Shown here: positions 10,593 through 20,150 of the stretch, piece after piece
How positions within the stretch are numbered: position 1 is the stretch's first letter
How the letters are laid out: every line of letters starts with the position of its first letter
NCBI GenBank assembly: GCA_036677365.1
Contig: JAVBWN010000012.1
Span: 128,001 to 192,000, forward strand
Source of the DNA: Acholeplasma sp.
GTDB lineage: Bacteria > Bacillota_I > Bacilli_A > Acholeplasmatales > UBA5453
Direction: 5' to 3'
DNA length: 64,000 nt
Position numbers and translations under genes: made by a program
Notes under the pieces: model-generated
Databases searched by the model: none
What the model was told of the DNA's origin: nothing
The model's input: the letters and a program-made list of their open reading frames with translations, nothing else

Positions 10593-11540
10593 ATGCCATT
10601 TGAAATTCTAAGAAATGATCTATTAACCATGAACGTAGACGCGATTGTCAATTCTACCAGTTCAGAACCCTTCATATTTGGCGGATTGGATGCGAAAATC
10701 CACCAAATGGCTGGACCTGAACTTTTAAAAGAACGTACCAAATACGGTTCTTTGAAACTGTCTTACCCCATCATTACCCTAGGCTACAAGCTTTTAGCTA
10801 AACACGTCATCCATGTGGTGGGTCCGATTTATAAGAATGGTAAATTGGGTGAAAAACAACAACTCAAAGATACTTACCAACATGTATTAGAACTCGCAGC
10901 AGAACACAAACTCGAAAGCATCGCCTTTCCCTTAATATCCTCAAGGATATTCAAATACCCAAGGAAAGAAGCCTTAGAAGTGGCTTTAAGTGTGATTAAG
11001 CAGTTCTCAGAAGCTTCGGATATGATGATTTATTTGGTCGTCTACGATGAAGCGTCTTTTGAAGCATCCAAACCTTATATCGATGAATTGAGATACTCCA
11101 AATCCAATGAAATCGAATTCTTTGAAAATCGAATGGTTTCGCCTAAAATGCTTCGAAGAAAACCAAGGACCATCGATGAACTCATTGATGAAATTGACTT
11201 TACCTTTCAAGAGATGCTCTTTAAGTTCATCGATCAAAAAGGGTTGAATGATGTCGATGTATATAAAAAAGCGAATGTGGACAGAAAACTATTCTCAAAA
11301 ATAAAATCCAATCGGTTCTATCAACCAAGCAAATCCACGGCTTTAGCTTTCGCAATCGCTTTAGAACTCAATCTGGATGAAACCTTGGATTTATTAAAGA
11401 AAGCTGGATACACCTTATCCGATGCGATACCACTCGATATCATCGTAGCTTATCATATTGAAAAAGCGATCTATGATATCTATGAAATCAATATGGTGTT
11501 ATTTGAAAATAGAGAAAACTCAATTGGTTCAATGAACTAA
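10593..11540 (+). CDS. Macro domain (ADP-ribose binding/hydrolase) fused to a C-terminal HTH-like domain
   Basis: Macro motifs 'VDAIVN', 'GGLDAKIH', 'VIHVVGP', 'SIAFPLISS'. The C-terminal 'DVYKKANVDRKLFSKIKS...ALELNLDET..LL.KAGY.LS' is XRE-like. Confidence 0.88.
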   Translation: MPFEILRNDLLTMNVDAIVNSTSSEPFIFGGLDAKIHQMAGPELLKERTKYGSLKLSYPIITLGYKLLAKHVIHVVGPIYKNGKLGEKQQLKDTYQHVLELAAEHKLESIAFPLISSRIFKYPRKEALEVALSVIKQFSEASDMMIYLVVYDEASFEASKPYIDELRYSKSNEIEFFENRMVSPKMLRRKPRTIDELIDEIDFTFQEMLFKFIDQKGLNDVDVYKKANVDRKLFSKIKSNRFYQPSKSTALAFAIALELNLDETLDLLKKAGYTLSDAIPLDIIVAYHIEKAIYDIYEINMVLFENRENSIGSMN

Positions 11541-11568
11541 TCAAGTTTGAGTGAATAGTCTTTTCAAA

Positions 11569-11613
11569 TGTCGCTTTAGAAACGACCAATTCCATCTTAC
11601 AGATGTGTAAAAT
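11569..11613 (+). promoter_or_regulatory. Inverted repeat GTCG-N9-CGAC upstream of the vWA promoter -10
   Basis: TGTCGCTTTAGAAACGACC, with TAAAAT at 11608-11613. Conserved with the same spacing at 16206-16250. Confidence 0.6.
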
Positions 11614-11638
11614 GAACTCAGAAAGGGTGAAAATACAC

Positions 11639-12283
11639 ATGAAAAAAGATTTAGTGGAATTGGTTTTTATTTTAGATAGAAGTGGTTCAATGGCAGGACT
11701 TGAGAAAGAGACCATTACGGGATTCAATCGTTTGATTCAACAACAAAAAGAAGTTGTTGGTGAAGCGATTGTTTCAACGGTATTGTTTGATAACGGGTTT
11801 GAGGTATTACATAATAGAGTTAACCTGAAACAAATTGAACCAATGAAAGAAAAACAGTATTATGTCAGAGGTTCAACTGCCTTATTGGATGCGATAGGTC
11901 GCAGTATTATCAAAATAAGACAAGTTCATAAGCAGTTAAATGAATCAGAAATCCCTGAAAAGACAGTATTCTTTATAACAACGGATGGGATGGAAAATGC
12001 TTCTAAAGAATATGATTACACACGCATCAAAGACTATATTGAACTGCAAAAAGAAAAGTATGGTTGGGAGTTCATCTTTATGGGAGCGAATATCGATGCG
12101 ATTAAAACTGCAAGCCGATTTGGTATTCATGAGGATCGTGCAGTTCAATATCATTCTGATGAACAAGGCACAAACCTAAACTACCGAGTCATGAGTGAAA
12201 CCATCCGTGACCTACGTGTCAATAAAACGATTAAAGAGGATTGGAAATCCGATATAGACAAAGACTATTTAAAAAGAAATTAA
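11639..12283 (+). CDS. vWA domain protein (copy 1)
   Basis: MIDAS DRSGS, 'GSTALLDAIG', 'ITTDGMENAS', 'WEFIFMGANIDA'. Confidence 0.9.
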   Translation: MKKDLVELVFILDRSGSMAGLEKETITGFNRLIQQQKEVVGEAIVSTVLFDNGFEVLHNRVNLKQIEPMKEKQYYVRGSTALLDAIGRSIIKIRQVHKQLNESEIPEKTVFFITTDGMENASKEYDYTRIKDYIELQKEKYGWEFIFMGANIDAIKTASRFGIHEDRAVQYHSDEQGTNLNYRVMSETIRDLRVNKTIKEDWKSDIDKDYLKRN

Positions 12284-12295
12284 GAGGAATATAAC

Positions 12296-13126
12296 ATGTT
12301 AGGTGCGATTATTGGTGATCTAGTTGGATCACGATTTGAATTCAACAACCATAAAACTAAAGACTTTGATTTTCTCACCAGAGATTGTTTCTTCACCGAC
12401 GATTCATTGATGACCATTGCGATTGGAGAAGCCTTAATGACCTCTCAAAAAGATTACAGTGATTTAAAACAACAAACCATCAAACTCATGCAAAAACATG
12501 GTCGTAACTATGATGATTGTGGGTTTGGAGGACGCTTTTATAACTGGATATTCGTAGATAATCCAAAACCTTATCAAAGCTATGGTAATGGCGCACCGAT
12601 GCGAGTGTCTTGTTGTGGGATTGTGGGATCTACCATCGATGAAGTCAAACAATTATCGAAAATGGTGACTGAAATTTCTCATGACCACCCTGAATCACTA
12701 AAAGCCGCAGAAGCGGTCGCGGTTTGCGTGTTTATGGCTCGAAAACAAACCCCTAAACAAGACATATATCAGTATGTTAAAGATCATTACTACCCACTAG
12801 ACTTTGCACTAGATGACATCCGTCCAACCTATAGATTTAATGAATCCTCACAGGGCACAACCCCCTATGCCTTAAAAGCTTTCTTTGAAGCCAAAGGATT
12901 TACAGACGCGATTCGTCTAGCAGTCTCCATAGGCGGCGATACCGATACCATCGCCGCCATTACTGGAAGTATTGCCGGAGAGTATTATGGAATTACCAAT
13001 AAACTCAAAAACTATGCATTAACCTTCTTGCCCTATGAGATTAAAGAGATTGTTGAAACTTTTGATCATAAGTATCCCATAAAAAAAGTACCCTTCAATA
13101 AAAATATCGACAACCCCATTCTCTAG
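12296..13126 (+). CDS. ADP-ribosylglycohydrolase (DraG/ARH family)
   Basis: 'MLGAIIGDLVGS', 'FTDDS', 'SYGNGAPMR', 'GGDTDT'. Confidence 0.92.
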   Translation: MLGAIIGDLVGSRFEFNNHKTKDFDFLTRDCFFTDDSLMTIAIGEALMTSQKDYSDLKQQTIKLMQKHGRNYDDCGFGGRFYNWIFVDNPKPYQSYGNGAPMRVSCCGIVGSTIDEVKQLSKMVTEISHDHPESLKAAEAVAVCVFMARKQTPKQDIYQYVKDHYYPLDFALDDIRPTYRFNESSQGTTPYALKAFFEAKGFTDAIRLAVSIGGDTDTIAAITGSIAGEYYGITNKLKNYALTFLPYEIKEIVETFDHKYPIKKVPFNKNIDNPIL

Positions 13127-13165
13127 AGGAAGATCATCTCGATTTTCCTTTTTTCTTACAAAAAC

Positions 13166-13179
13166 TTGATTTAGGTCAA
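13166..13179 (+). promoter_or_regulatory. Fnr-type binding site upstream of copZ
   Basis: TTGAT-ttag-GTCAA against the consensus TTGAT-N4-ATCAA. -10 TATACT at 13202-13207. A Crp/Fnr gene lies in the same operon. Confidence 0.75.
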
Positions 13180-13233
13180 GGTTTTTAATTGAAATACTCT
13201 CTATACTGGAATCATCCAGAGGAGGAATGAAAC

Positions 13234-13446
13234 ATGGAAAAGACCGTATTACAATTAGAAACACTCACTTGTCCGTCTTGTGTAAGACGCATTGAAGGTA
13301 GTTTATCGAAAGCCAAAGGTGTAGAATCAGCCGTTGTGAAATTCAACGCATCCAAAGTGGAAGTAGAACATGACGTTACCCTATCCAAAGAAGCCATTCA
13401 AACGATTGTCTCTAATTTAGGATACAAAGTGTTATCTACCAAATGA
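13234..13446 (+). CDS. copZ: Heavy-metal-associated (HMA) chaperone, CopZ-like
   Basis: 70 aa, 'LTCPSC' CxxC motif, C-terminal LGY. Confidence 0.85.
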   Translation: MEKTVLQLETLTCPSCVRRIEGSLSKAKGVESAVVKFNASKVEVEHDVTLSKEAIQTIVSNLGYKVLSTK

Positions 13447-15302
13447 CACATATCAAGAAACACGTATATACCTATGGCATAAGTATTCTATTCTTAGGAT
13501 CGCTCATATTGAATGAAGTGGCTAAAACCCACTTCATTTCAATCCTAGTGATGTCACTACTCACTCTACTTGCAGGGTTCCATATATTTAAACAAGCTTT
13601 CATGGACTTAAGATACCGCATTATCGGGATAGATTTATTGGTATCCATCGCGGTGATTTCTGCCGTCATCATTGGGGATTACTTTGAAGCCGCTGCGGTG
13701 ACTTATCTATTTACAATTGGGCACATTCTAGAAAAACAATCGTTAGAAAAAACCAGAAGTGCTTTAAAAGCTTTGATGGATTTAAAACCATTAACGGGTC
13801 GGAAAATCGTTAACGATCAAGAAACCATCATCCCTTTAGAAGACATTCAAGTGGGCGATATTCTCCTAGTAAAACCAGGGGAAAAAATCCCTACCGATGG
13901 GATCATCATCGAAGGTCAAGTTTATATTGATGAACAAATGATGACAGGGGAATCGATGCCTGTAGAAAAAACACTTGATGATTTGGTATTTGGCTCTACC
14001 ATCCTAAAATCAGGTTATATCAAAATGAGAACTACCCATGTTGGTGAGGATACTACGCTATCAAGAATCATCCATATGGTGGAAGAAGCTCAAGACCAAA
14101 AAGCTTCTACTGAAAAGTTTATGGAAAAGTTCTCTAAATACTATACCCCACTCATTGTTTTAATCGCAATTACCATCTTCATAATTACGAGAGATATTCG
14201 ATTAGCAGTGACGATGCTTGTAATCGCATGTCCGGGTGCGTTGGTCATCGCGACACCGGTCTCATTTGTCGCTGGGATTGGAAACGCTGCGAAGAAAGGC
14301 ATTTTATTTAAGGGTGGCGATTCAATCGAAAGACTCAGTCAATCGACTGTTGTGTTCTTTGATAAAACAGGGACTCTAACTTTAGGAAAACCCTCATTAA
14401 CCCATATTAAAACATATGGTATTACTGAAGACGAAGTTCTTAAAATAGCTGCGATTGGAGAATCTTATAGTGAACACCCACTCGCATTAGCCATCATCGA
14501 AAGAGCGAAATCCATGAAGATTGAGTATTCAGATAAACCAGAAGAAACAACCCTCGTCATTGGAAAAGGGGTCACTTTTAGGTATAATAAAGTTAAGTAT
14601 TCGATTGGTAATGAAAAGTTAGAGAATGGTATTTCTAGTGAAGTACAAACCGATTTAAATGCCTTCATGGATTTAGGTTTAACCACTTTAATCCTTTCTG
14701 ATGAATCTAGCGTATTAGCCCTATTTGGCATCCAAGATACGATTAGACCGAATACACCGAAGATGATTCAAGAATTAAAAGCGCTTGGTATCAAACAAAC
14801 CATTATGCTTACAGGGGATCAAGATAGAGTCGGAAGAAGTGTCAAAGAAACCTTAGGGTTAGATGCTTATTATGCTAGTCTACTCCCTGAAGATAAAGCG
14901 AATATATTAAAAACACATCAACATCAAAAGACCCTTTTTGTTGGGGATGGTATCAATGATGCCTTAGCCCTTACTTACGCGGATGCGTCAGTCGCGGTGG
15001 GTGGTTTAGGTAAAGACTTAGCCATGGAAACCGCGGATGTGGTTTTGATGTCAGAAGATATTTCTAAACTCACACAAGCGATTAAGATAAGTCGTAAAGT
15101 TAAAGCCAATATGATTCAAAATATTGTATTTGCTTTAGTGGTAGTATTCATACTCATGTTAGGCGTTATATTTAACCAAGTCACGATGTCAATTGGGATG
15201 CTTGTCCATGAAGCATCCGTACTACTCGTCTTAATCAACACCATGAGATTACTCAGATATGACTTAGGAGGTCACCATGCACAAGGATCCAAAAGCATCT
15301 AG
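13443..15302 (+). CDS. Heavy-metal translocating P1B-type ATPase
   Basis: TGES, CPG (in place of CPC), DKTGT, SEHPL, GDGIND, C-terminal HEAS. No N-terminal metal-binding domain. Confidence 0.93.
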   Translation: MTHIKKHVYTYGISILFLGSLILNEVAKTHFISILVMSLLTLLAGFHIFKQAFMDLRYRIIGIDLLVSIAVISAVIIGDYFEAAAVTYLFTIGHILEKQSLEKTRSALKALMDLKPLTGRKIVNDQETIIPLEDIQVGDILLVKPGEKIPTDGIIIEGQVYIDEQMMTGESMPVEKTLDDLVFGSTILKSGYIKMRTTHVGEDTTLSRIIHMVEEAQDQKASTEKFMEKFSKYYTPLIVLIAITIFIITRDIRLAVTMLVIACPGALVIATPVSFVAGIGNAAKKGILFKGGDSIERLSQSTVVFFDKTGTLTLGKPSLTHIKTYGITEDEVLKIAAIGESYSEHPLALAIIERAKSMKIEYSDKPEETTLVIGKGVTFRYNKVKYSIGNEKLENGISSEVQTDLNAFMDLGLTTLILSDESSVLALFGIQDTIRPNTPKMIQELKALGIKQTIMLTGDQDRVGRSVKETLGLDAYYASLLPEDKANILKTHQHQKTLFVGDGINDALALTYADASVAVGGLGKDLAMETADVVLMSEDISKLTQAIKISRKVKANMIQNIVFALVVVFILMLGVIFNQVTMSIGMLVHEASVLLVLINTMRLLRYDLGGHHAQGSKSI

Positions 15303-15957
15303 CTGTATCGAAACGGTACCGATTTTTAAAAACTTAAGTCCTGAAGAACTCGATCAAGTCATTATGATATCTAAACACAAACGACTTGATAAGGGAGAAT
15401 TCATCTTTACCGCAGGTGACCATATCAGTAGTTTGTATGTTGTCCATCGCGGTAAAATCAAAATCACCCGCTATTCAGAAGATGGTAAAGAACAAGTCAT
15501 TCGTATTTTATCCCATGGGGACTTCTTAGGTGAATTAGCATTATTCATGAACTCAACCGTGAATACTTACGCCGAAGCGATTGAACCCTCTGTCATCTGT
15601 TTAGTTGAACATGATGGATTAAAAGACTTGATGTCTAAAAGCCCAGTGCTATCTTTTAAGATGATGAGTGAACTATCTAATCGGTTAGAAAAAGCAGAAG
15701 CTCTGATTGAGCATAGCAATCTCTATAGCGCTATCGCGAAAGTAGCCCGTTTATTACTGGATTTAGAAAAAGAATCCTTTGTGCGGTTTCAAACCACTAA
15801 AGTCAATTTAGCCTCGAGTATTGGGATATCACCAGAAACATTCAGCCGTAAGCTTTCAGAATTAGTAGAACATAAACTCATTGATATTATTAATAACAAA
15901 ACCATTCGAATCATCGATAAAAAAGGCTTACTAGCCCTCATCAGTCCTGACTTATAA
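15277..15957 (+). CDS. Crp/Fnr family transcriptional regulator (Flp-like)
   Basis: cNMP-binding fold 'GDFLGELALF', HTH 'LASSIGISPETFSRKL', N-terminal Cys. Confidence 0.9.
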   Translation: MHKDPKASSCIETVPIFKNLSPEELDQVIMISKHKRLDKGEFIFTAGDHISSLYVVHRGKIKITRYSEDGKEQVIRILSHGDFLGELALFMNSTVNTYAEAIEPSVICLVEHDGLKDLMSKSPVLSFKMMSELSNRLEKAEALIEHSNLYSAIAKVARLLLDLEKESFVRFQTTKVNLASSIGISPETFSRKLSELVEHKLIDIINNKTIRIIDKKGLLALISPDL

Positions 15958-15982
15958 ACCGACAATTGTCGGTTTATTTTTT
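15954..15982 (+). terminator. Intrinsic terminator
   Basis: ATAAACCGAC-aatt-GTCGGTTTAT followed by a T tract. Confidence 0.8.
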
Positions 15983-16046
15983 CTCGTGTGTTGTTTTTCG
16001 TATACTAATCTTTTTACAATAAAAATGTTTCAATTTTTTGCATATT

Positions 16047-16156
16047 CACTCGATATCATCGTAGCTTATCATATTGAAAAAGCCATCTATGATATCTATG
16101 AAATCAATATGGTACTCTTTGATAAAGGCGAACATTCCATTGGTTCTATGAATTAA
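16047..16156 (+). pseudogene. 3' remnant of a second macro-HTH gene
   Basis: Near-identical to 11431-11540 and ends in the same ...IGSMN* frame, but has no start or 5' part. Confidence 0.85.
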
Positions 16157-16272
16157 GGAATTAGTTCAATGACGATTGACTAAATCATAAATAAGTAAAA
16201 ATAATTGTCGCTTTTGAAACGACCAATCCTACCTTCAATTTTTGTAAACTAAGCTCAGAAGAGGTGAAACAC

Positions 16273-16917
16273 ATGAAAAAAGATTTGGTGGAATTGGTTT
16301 TTATTTTAGATAGAAGTGGTTCAATGGCAGGACTTGAGAAAGAGACCATTGCGGGATTCAATCGTTTGATTCAACAACAAAAAGAAGTCCATGGAGAAGC
16401 TTTGGTATCGACTGTATTGTTTGATGATCGATTTGAAGTGTTACACAACAGGGTCTCTATTCAAAAGATTGAACACATGACGTCCAAAGATTATTATGTC
16501 AGAGGTTCAACAGCCTTGTTAGATGCTATTGGTCGTAGTATCTTAAAGATCAGAAATGTCCATAAAGCACTAGAAGAAGAAAACAAACCTGAAAAGACCC
16601 TATTTTTCATCACCACCGATGGGATGGAAAATGCATCGGTGGAATTCAATTATGAACGTGTGAATGAATACATTCAACTTCAAAAAGAAAAGTATGGTTG
16701 GGAATTCATTTTCATTGGTGCGAATATCGACGCGATTGGTACGGCTAAGAAATTTGGTATTGATGCTGACAGGGCTGTGAATTATCGCGCCGATAAACGA
16801 GGTACGAACCTTAATTATAAAGTGATGAATGAAACAATCACAGAACTCAGGGTTAATAAAGCCATTAGAGCGGACTGGAAAGAAGACATTGACACTGATT
16901 TCAAAGAACGTAAGTAA
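16273..16917 (+). CDS. vWA domain protein (copy 2)
   Basis: Paralogue of 11639-12283 with an intact MIDAS and a GAGGTG RBS. Confidence 0.9.
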   Translation: MKKDLVELVFILDRSGSMAGLEKETIAGFNRLIQQQKEVHGEALVSTVLFDDRFEVLHNRVSIQKIEHMTSKDYYVRGSTALLDAIGRSILKIRNVHKALEEENKPEKTLFFITTDGMENASVEFNYERVNEYIQLQKEKYGWEFIFIGANIDAIGTAKKFGIDADRAVNYRADKRGTNLNYKVMNETITELRVNKAIRADWKEDIDTDFKERK

Positions 16918-17000
16918 ATCATAAAAGGGTAAATCCATTTGATTATTGTACAAAAATAATCATTTTGTAGTACAATGAAATCAAAAGAGGAGGATTTACC

Positions 17001-17246
17001 ATGTACAAAACAATTGTGATCGATCGTATTAAAAAGGCACATGAACGTGCAGTTAAATTAGAAGAAGTCATCAACCAACAGGAAGCAGACGGTTGGGATT
17101 ATATCAATGCCATTGGTACAGCGAAACAAGAAACCATCCTTGTATTCCAACAAAATCCAACCGCTAAACTCAACAAAGATATCAATAAAGGTATCCAAGA
17201 AGTGAAGGGCAAACTCAATCAAATCGTGGATGTTATTAAAAAATAA
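17001..17246 (+). CDS. Small hypothetical protein (DUF4177-like)
   Basis: Strong AGGAGG RBS and 'LEEVINQQEADGWDY'. Confidence 0.6.
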   Translation: MYKTIVIDRIKKAHERAVKLEEVINQQEADGWDYINAIGTAKQETILVFQQNPTAKLNKDINKGIQEVKGKLNQIVDVIKK

Positions 17247-17258
17247 CACATCAAACCC

Positions 17259-17289
17259 AAATGAAAAGCACCAGCAATTTTGCCGGTGC
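17259..17289. repeat. 31-bp direct repeat / bidirectional terminator (copy 1)
   Basis: AAATGAAAAGCACCAGCAATTTTGCCGGTGC, identical at 20114-20144. Confidence 0.9.
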
Positions 17290-17331
17290 ATTTTTTTTGA
17301 ACTGATACAATTTTGAATAAACTGGTGTTTG

Positions 17332-19917
17332 TTATTTTAAAAGGGAAACAATCGATTTACGCATAAACCGTTGAATTGGAAGGATTGTGTAGATAACAAC
17401 AATGATGAATAAGCTAATGATTTGAAGAAATATGCTTACGATAGAAGGTTGTAGATAATCAAAGTAGATGCCAAAGGCGTTTCTCATGAATAGGTTAAAG
17501 CCATGGGTGGAAAGCTGAATAAGTATTATGGATAATACTGAAACCATCCCAGTAATAACGAGGTTTTCTGCCATAAAAATATGGATGATATTTTGAGTAG
17601 AGAAACCGAGGGATCTAAAAATACCTATATGACGACGGTTCTTATCGATGTGGCTTTGAACAAATAAGTAAATCAAAACAATTGAAGTAATCGTAAAAGT
17701 AATCGAGAATACAAATGAGATAAGCGCGGTTAACTGCGTTGTGAGTTTCATTTGACTAACCAAATAAATGGCTGGTGAAGTATATTCATACGTAGGATTC
17801 TCATCCATAAAATCGATGAGCTTAGAAACGTCATCACAAACGATATAAACTTGCTCAATATAATTGAAGTGCTTCAAGATCAAATCTTCATATAGTGTAT
17901 TTGAAATAATGGTATCATGTGTTGTGAAACCGACAATCTCTATCTGATCTAAATAAGTATCACCATCAGTCGATGGCACAATTTTTAAGTTTGAAAAAAC
18001 ATCAACATCGAGTGTATTCAAATAGTTCTTTTTTGTGGATAAATCGAAATAAGCAAAATTATGTTCCAAATCATATAGATTTGTTTCATGGTTCAAAATA
18101 TAACTGACATAATCCATAACCGTAGAAGATGGACCATAATCCAATTTAAACTGTGTTTCTATGGATGGAAAATACGATTGTGCATACGCTTGAATCATTT
18201 CATTTAAAAGATTTGCTGTGGTGAAATAAAACTCGTCTATCGTAATGTTATTAGCAATCAAATAGGTATTTAATCTAATGACCATTTGACGATCAGATAA
18301 TGTATCTAAAGGTTCATTCAACCAAATCACATCATCATTGATTGAATCTAATATTTTGACACTTGGCATCCAATTGCTCAAGTTTTGTGTGACATGGTTT
18401 GATTGTATATCATATTCGATATAATAGTAGTCATTTAAGTTCGCACTATAGCGTTGTGTTATACGGGAAAAACTAAAACTAGTTTCGATGGAATCGACAC
18501 CAGAAAAAGCATCCTTAACAAACACAAAACGCTCAAGTCCACTCGCTTTAAAATCACCAAATTCTGGATTCATTTTTGTGGAATCATCTAACCAATAACG
18601 TTCATTATAGTTTGTATCAAGTACACCTGTGATTACATAGTCTGTATCATCTATAGTGAAGTACTTGCCAATCATGTCATCATAGTTTTGTGGGAAAAAA
18701 GAAGTGTTTTGATGTTGATAACCCAAGGTATGAAAGAATTGAAAGGTATATGAAGTGATCATAACCTCGTTCGAGTTCAAAGGTAAGTTGCCGGTGATCG
18801 AATAACCACTTAATTCAAGAAAAGATGGGTCAATCGACATAAAACCTTCAATGGTTGCATTATTATATATGTCGGTATCAATGAGTGATTCATGAAATCG
18901 AAAAACATGTGGGAAATAAGTATAAAAACCAATCTCTGGATAGTTCATTTTTAGTGTATTCATTTCAGAAACAGTGACATATTGTTTTTGATGGCGATTG
19001 TAACCGACAGATTGATGGTTTATACCCATACTTCTTAGGTTTAATGATTCAAGTGTTTCATGAATCGCTTTGGATTCATTAAACCGAATCCCGGAAAGAC
19101 TGAGTGAGAGGCTCACCATCGATAAAGTCAATGTTAATACGAGAATGATTGATCTCACCCAAAACTGTCTAAATGACTTTAGACCAATCACTACTGAATC
19201 TTTTATGGATAATAAAGAGGATTGAATGTGTGTATCCTCTTGCCCATGAATAAGGTCTGTAGAAACAGGGATGGCACCCTCTTGAAGTCTTAACACATAG
19301 TCACCAAATTGATATGCACTGTCTTCGTTGTGTGTAGCGACAATAACCAAAGTATCCTTTGACAACTTTTGAAGCAGTGTGAAAATTTGTAAGCTTGTGG
19401 CTTCATCCACAGAACCTGTAGGTTCATCAGCAATAATCACTTTAGGTTTTTTAATCAACGCTCTAGCGATGGCTAGACGTTGTTTTTGTCCACCGGACAA
19501 CTGATGAGGTAATTTGGATAAGTCTTCATCAAGTTCTATGTTAGAAAGAATGGTATCTATATCTTGTTGATGATATGTACCATGACTTGCGATACTGGTA
19601 TATTTCATGATATCTAAGATTGTCATCGTTTCAATCATATGATACTCTTGAAAAACAAAGCCAATATGGGTATTTCTAAAAGCATCCATTTCTTTTTGAT
19701 TAAATGTATGAATGGGTAGGTTATCAAAATAGTATTCACCCTGATCTACCACATCCAATCCACCCATGATGTTTAACAAAGTGGATTTACCACTCCCCGA
19801 TTTACCAAGAATACAATATAACCCGGTGTTAGGAAATGATATGTTGACGTCTACAATAACATCTTGTTTATGTCCATTTAGAAAGTAGGATTTATGGATG
19901 TGTTTTAAAGTAATCAT
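17332..19917 (-). CDS. ABC transporter ATP-binding/FtsX-permease fusion (MacB-like)
   Basis: GKSGSGKS, LSGGQ, ADEPT, C-terminal 'IGIFRSLG' FtsX motif. Confidence 0.88.
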   Translation of the reverse strand: MITLKHIHKSYFLNGHKQDVIVDVNISFPNTGLYCILGKSGSGKSTLLNIMGGLDVVDQGEYYFDNLPIHTFNQKEMDAFRNTHIGFVFQEYHMIETMTILDIMKYTSIASHGTYHQQDIDTILSNIELDEDLSKLPHQLSGGQKQRLAIARALIKKPKVIIADEPTGSVDEATSLQIFTLLQKLSKDTLVIVATHNEDSAYQFGDYVLRLQEGAIPVSTDLIHGQEDTHIQSSLLSIKDSVVIGLKSFRQFWVRSIILVLTLTLSMVSLSLSLSGIRFNESKAIHETLESLNLRSMGINHQSVGYNRHQKQYVTVSEMNTLKMNYPEIGFYTYFPHVFRFHESLIDTDIYNNATIEGFMSIDPSFLELSGYSITGNLPLNSNEVMITSYTFQFFHTLGYQHQNTSFFPQNYDDMIGKYFTIDDTDYVITGVLDTNYNERYWLDDSTKMNPEFGDFKASGLERFVFVKDAFSGVDSIETSFSFSRITQRYSANLNDYYYIEYDIQSNHVTQNLSNWMPSVKILDSINDDVIWLNEPLDTLSDRQMVIRLNTYLIANNITIDEFYFTTANLLNEMIQAYAQSYFPSIETQFKLDYGPSSTVMDYVSYILNHETNLYDLEHNFAYFDLSTKKNYLNTLDVDVFSNLKIVPSTDGDTYLDQIEIVGFTTHDTIISNTLYEDLILKHFNYIEQVYIVCDDVSKLIDFMDENPTYEYTSPAIYLVSQMKLTTQLTALISFVFSITFTITSIVLIYLFVQSHIDKNRRHIGIFRSLGFSTQNIIHIFMAENLVITGMVSVLSIILIQLSTHGFNLFMRNAFGIYFDYLQPSIVSIFLQIISLFIIVVIYTILPIQRFMRKSIVSLLK

Positions 19918-20113
19918 AATTTAAAGTCCTTTGCAGTAGGTATCATAGATTTGTAAAATATTAGAATTGGTTCATTTATAACCATTATACCATTACTTGA
20001 TTAAGAGTAAACAAACAACATGAAATCATTCATGAATCCTAAATAGTTCATCAAAAAATCCTGTCAAAATGATTGAATTATTATTCTAGAAGCATAATTA
20101 CACAGTACAGTCT

Positions 20114-20144
20114 AAATGAAAAGCACCAGCAATTTTGCCGGTGC
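20114..20144. repeat. 31-bp direct repeat / guaA terminator (copy 2)
   Basis: Identical to 17259-17289 and lies 6 bp beyond the guaA stop. Confidence 0.9.
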
Positions 20145-20150
20145 TTGTTT

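Larger units (their letters stand above)
11431..12283 (+). repeat. Copy 1 of an ~850-bp imperfect direct repeat (macro 3' end, operator, vWA gene)
   Basis: Aligns with 16047-16917. The macro tail 11431-11540 matches 16047-16156. Confidence 0.9.
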
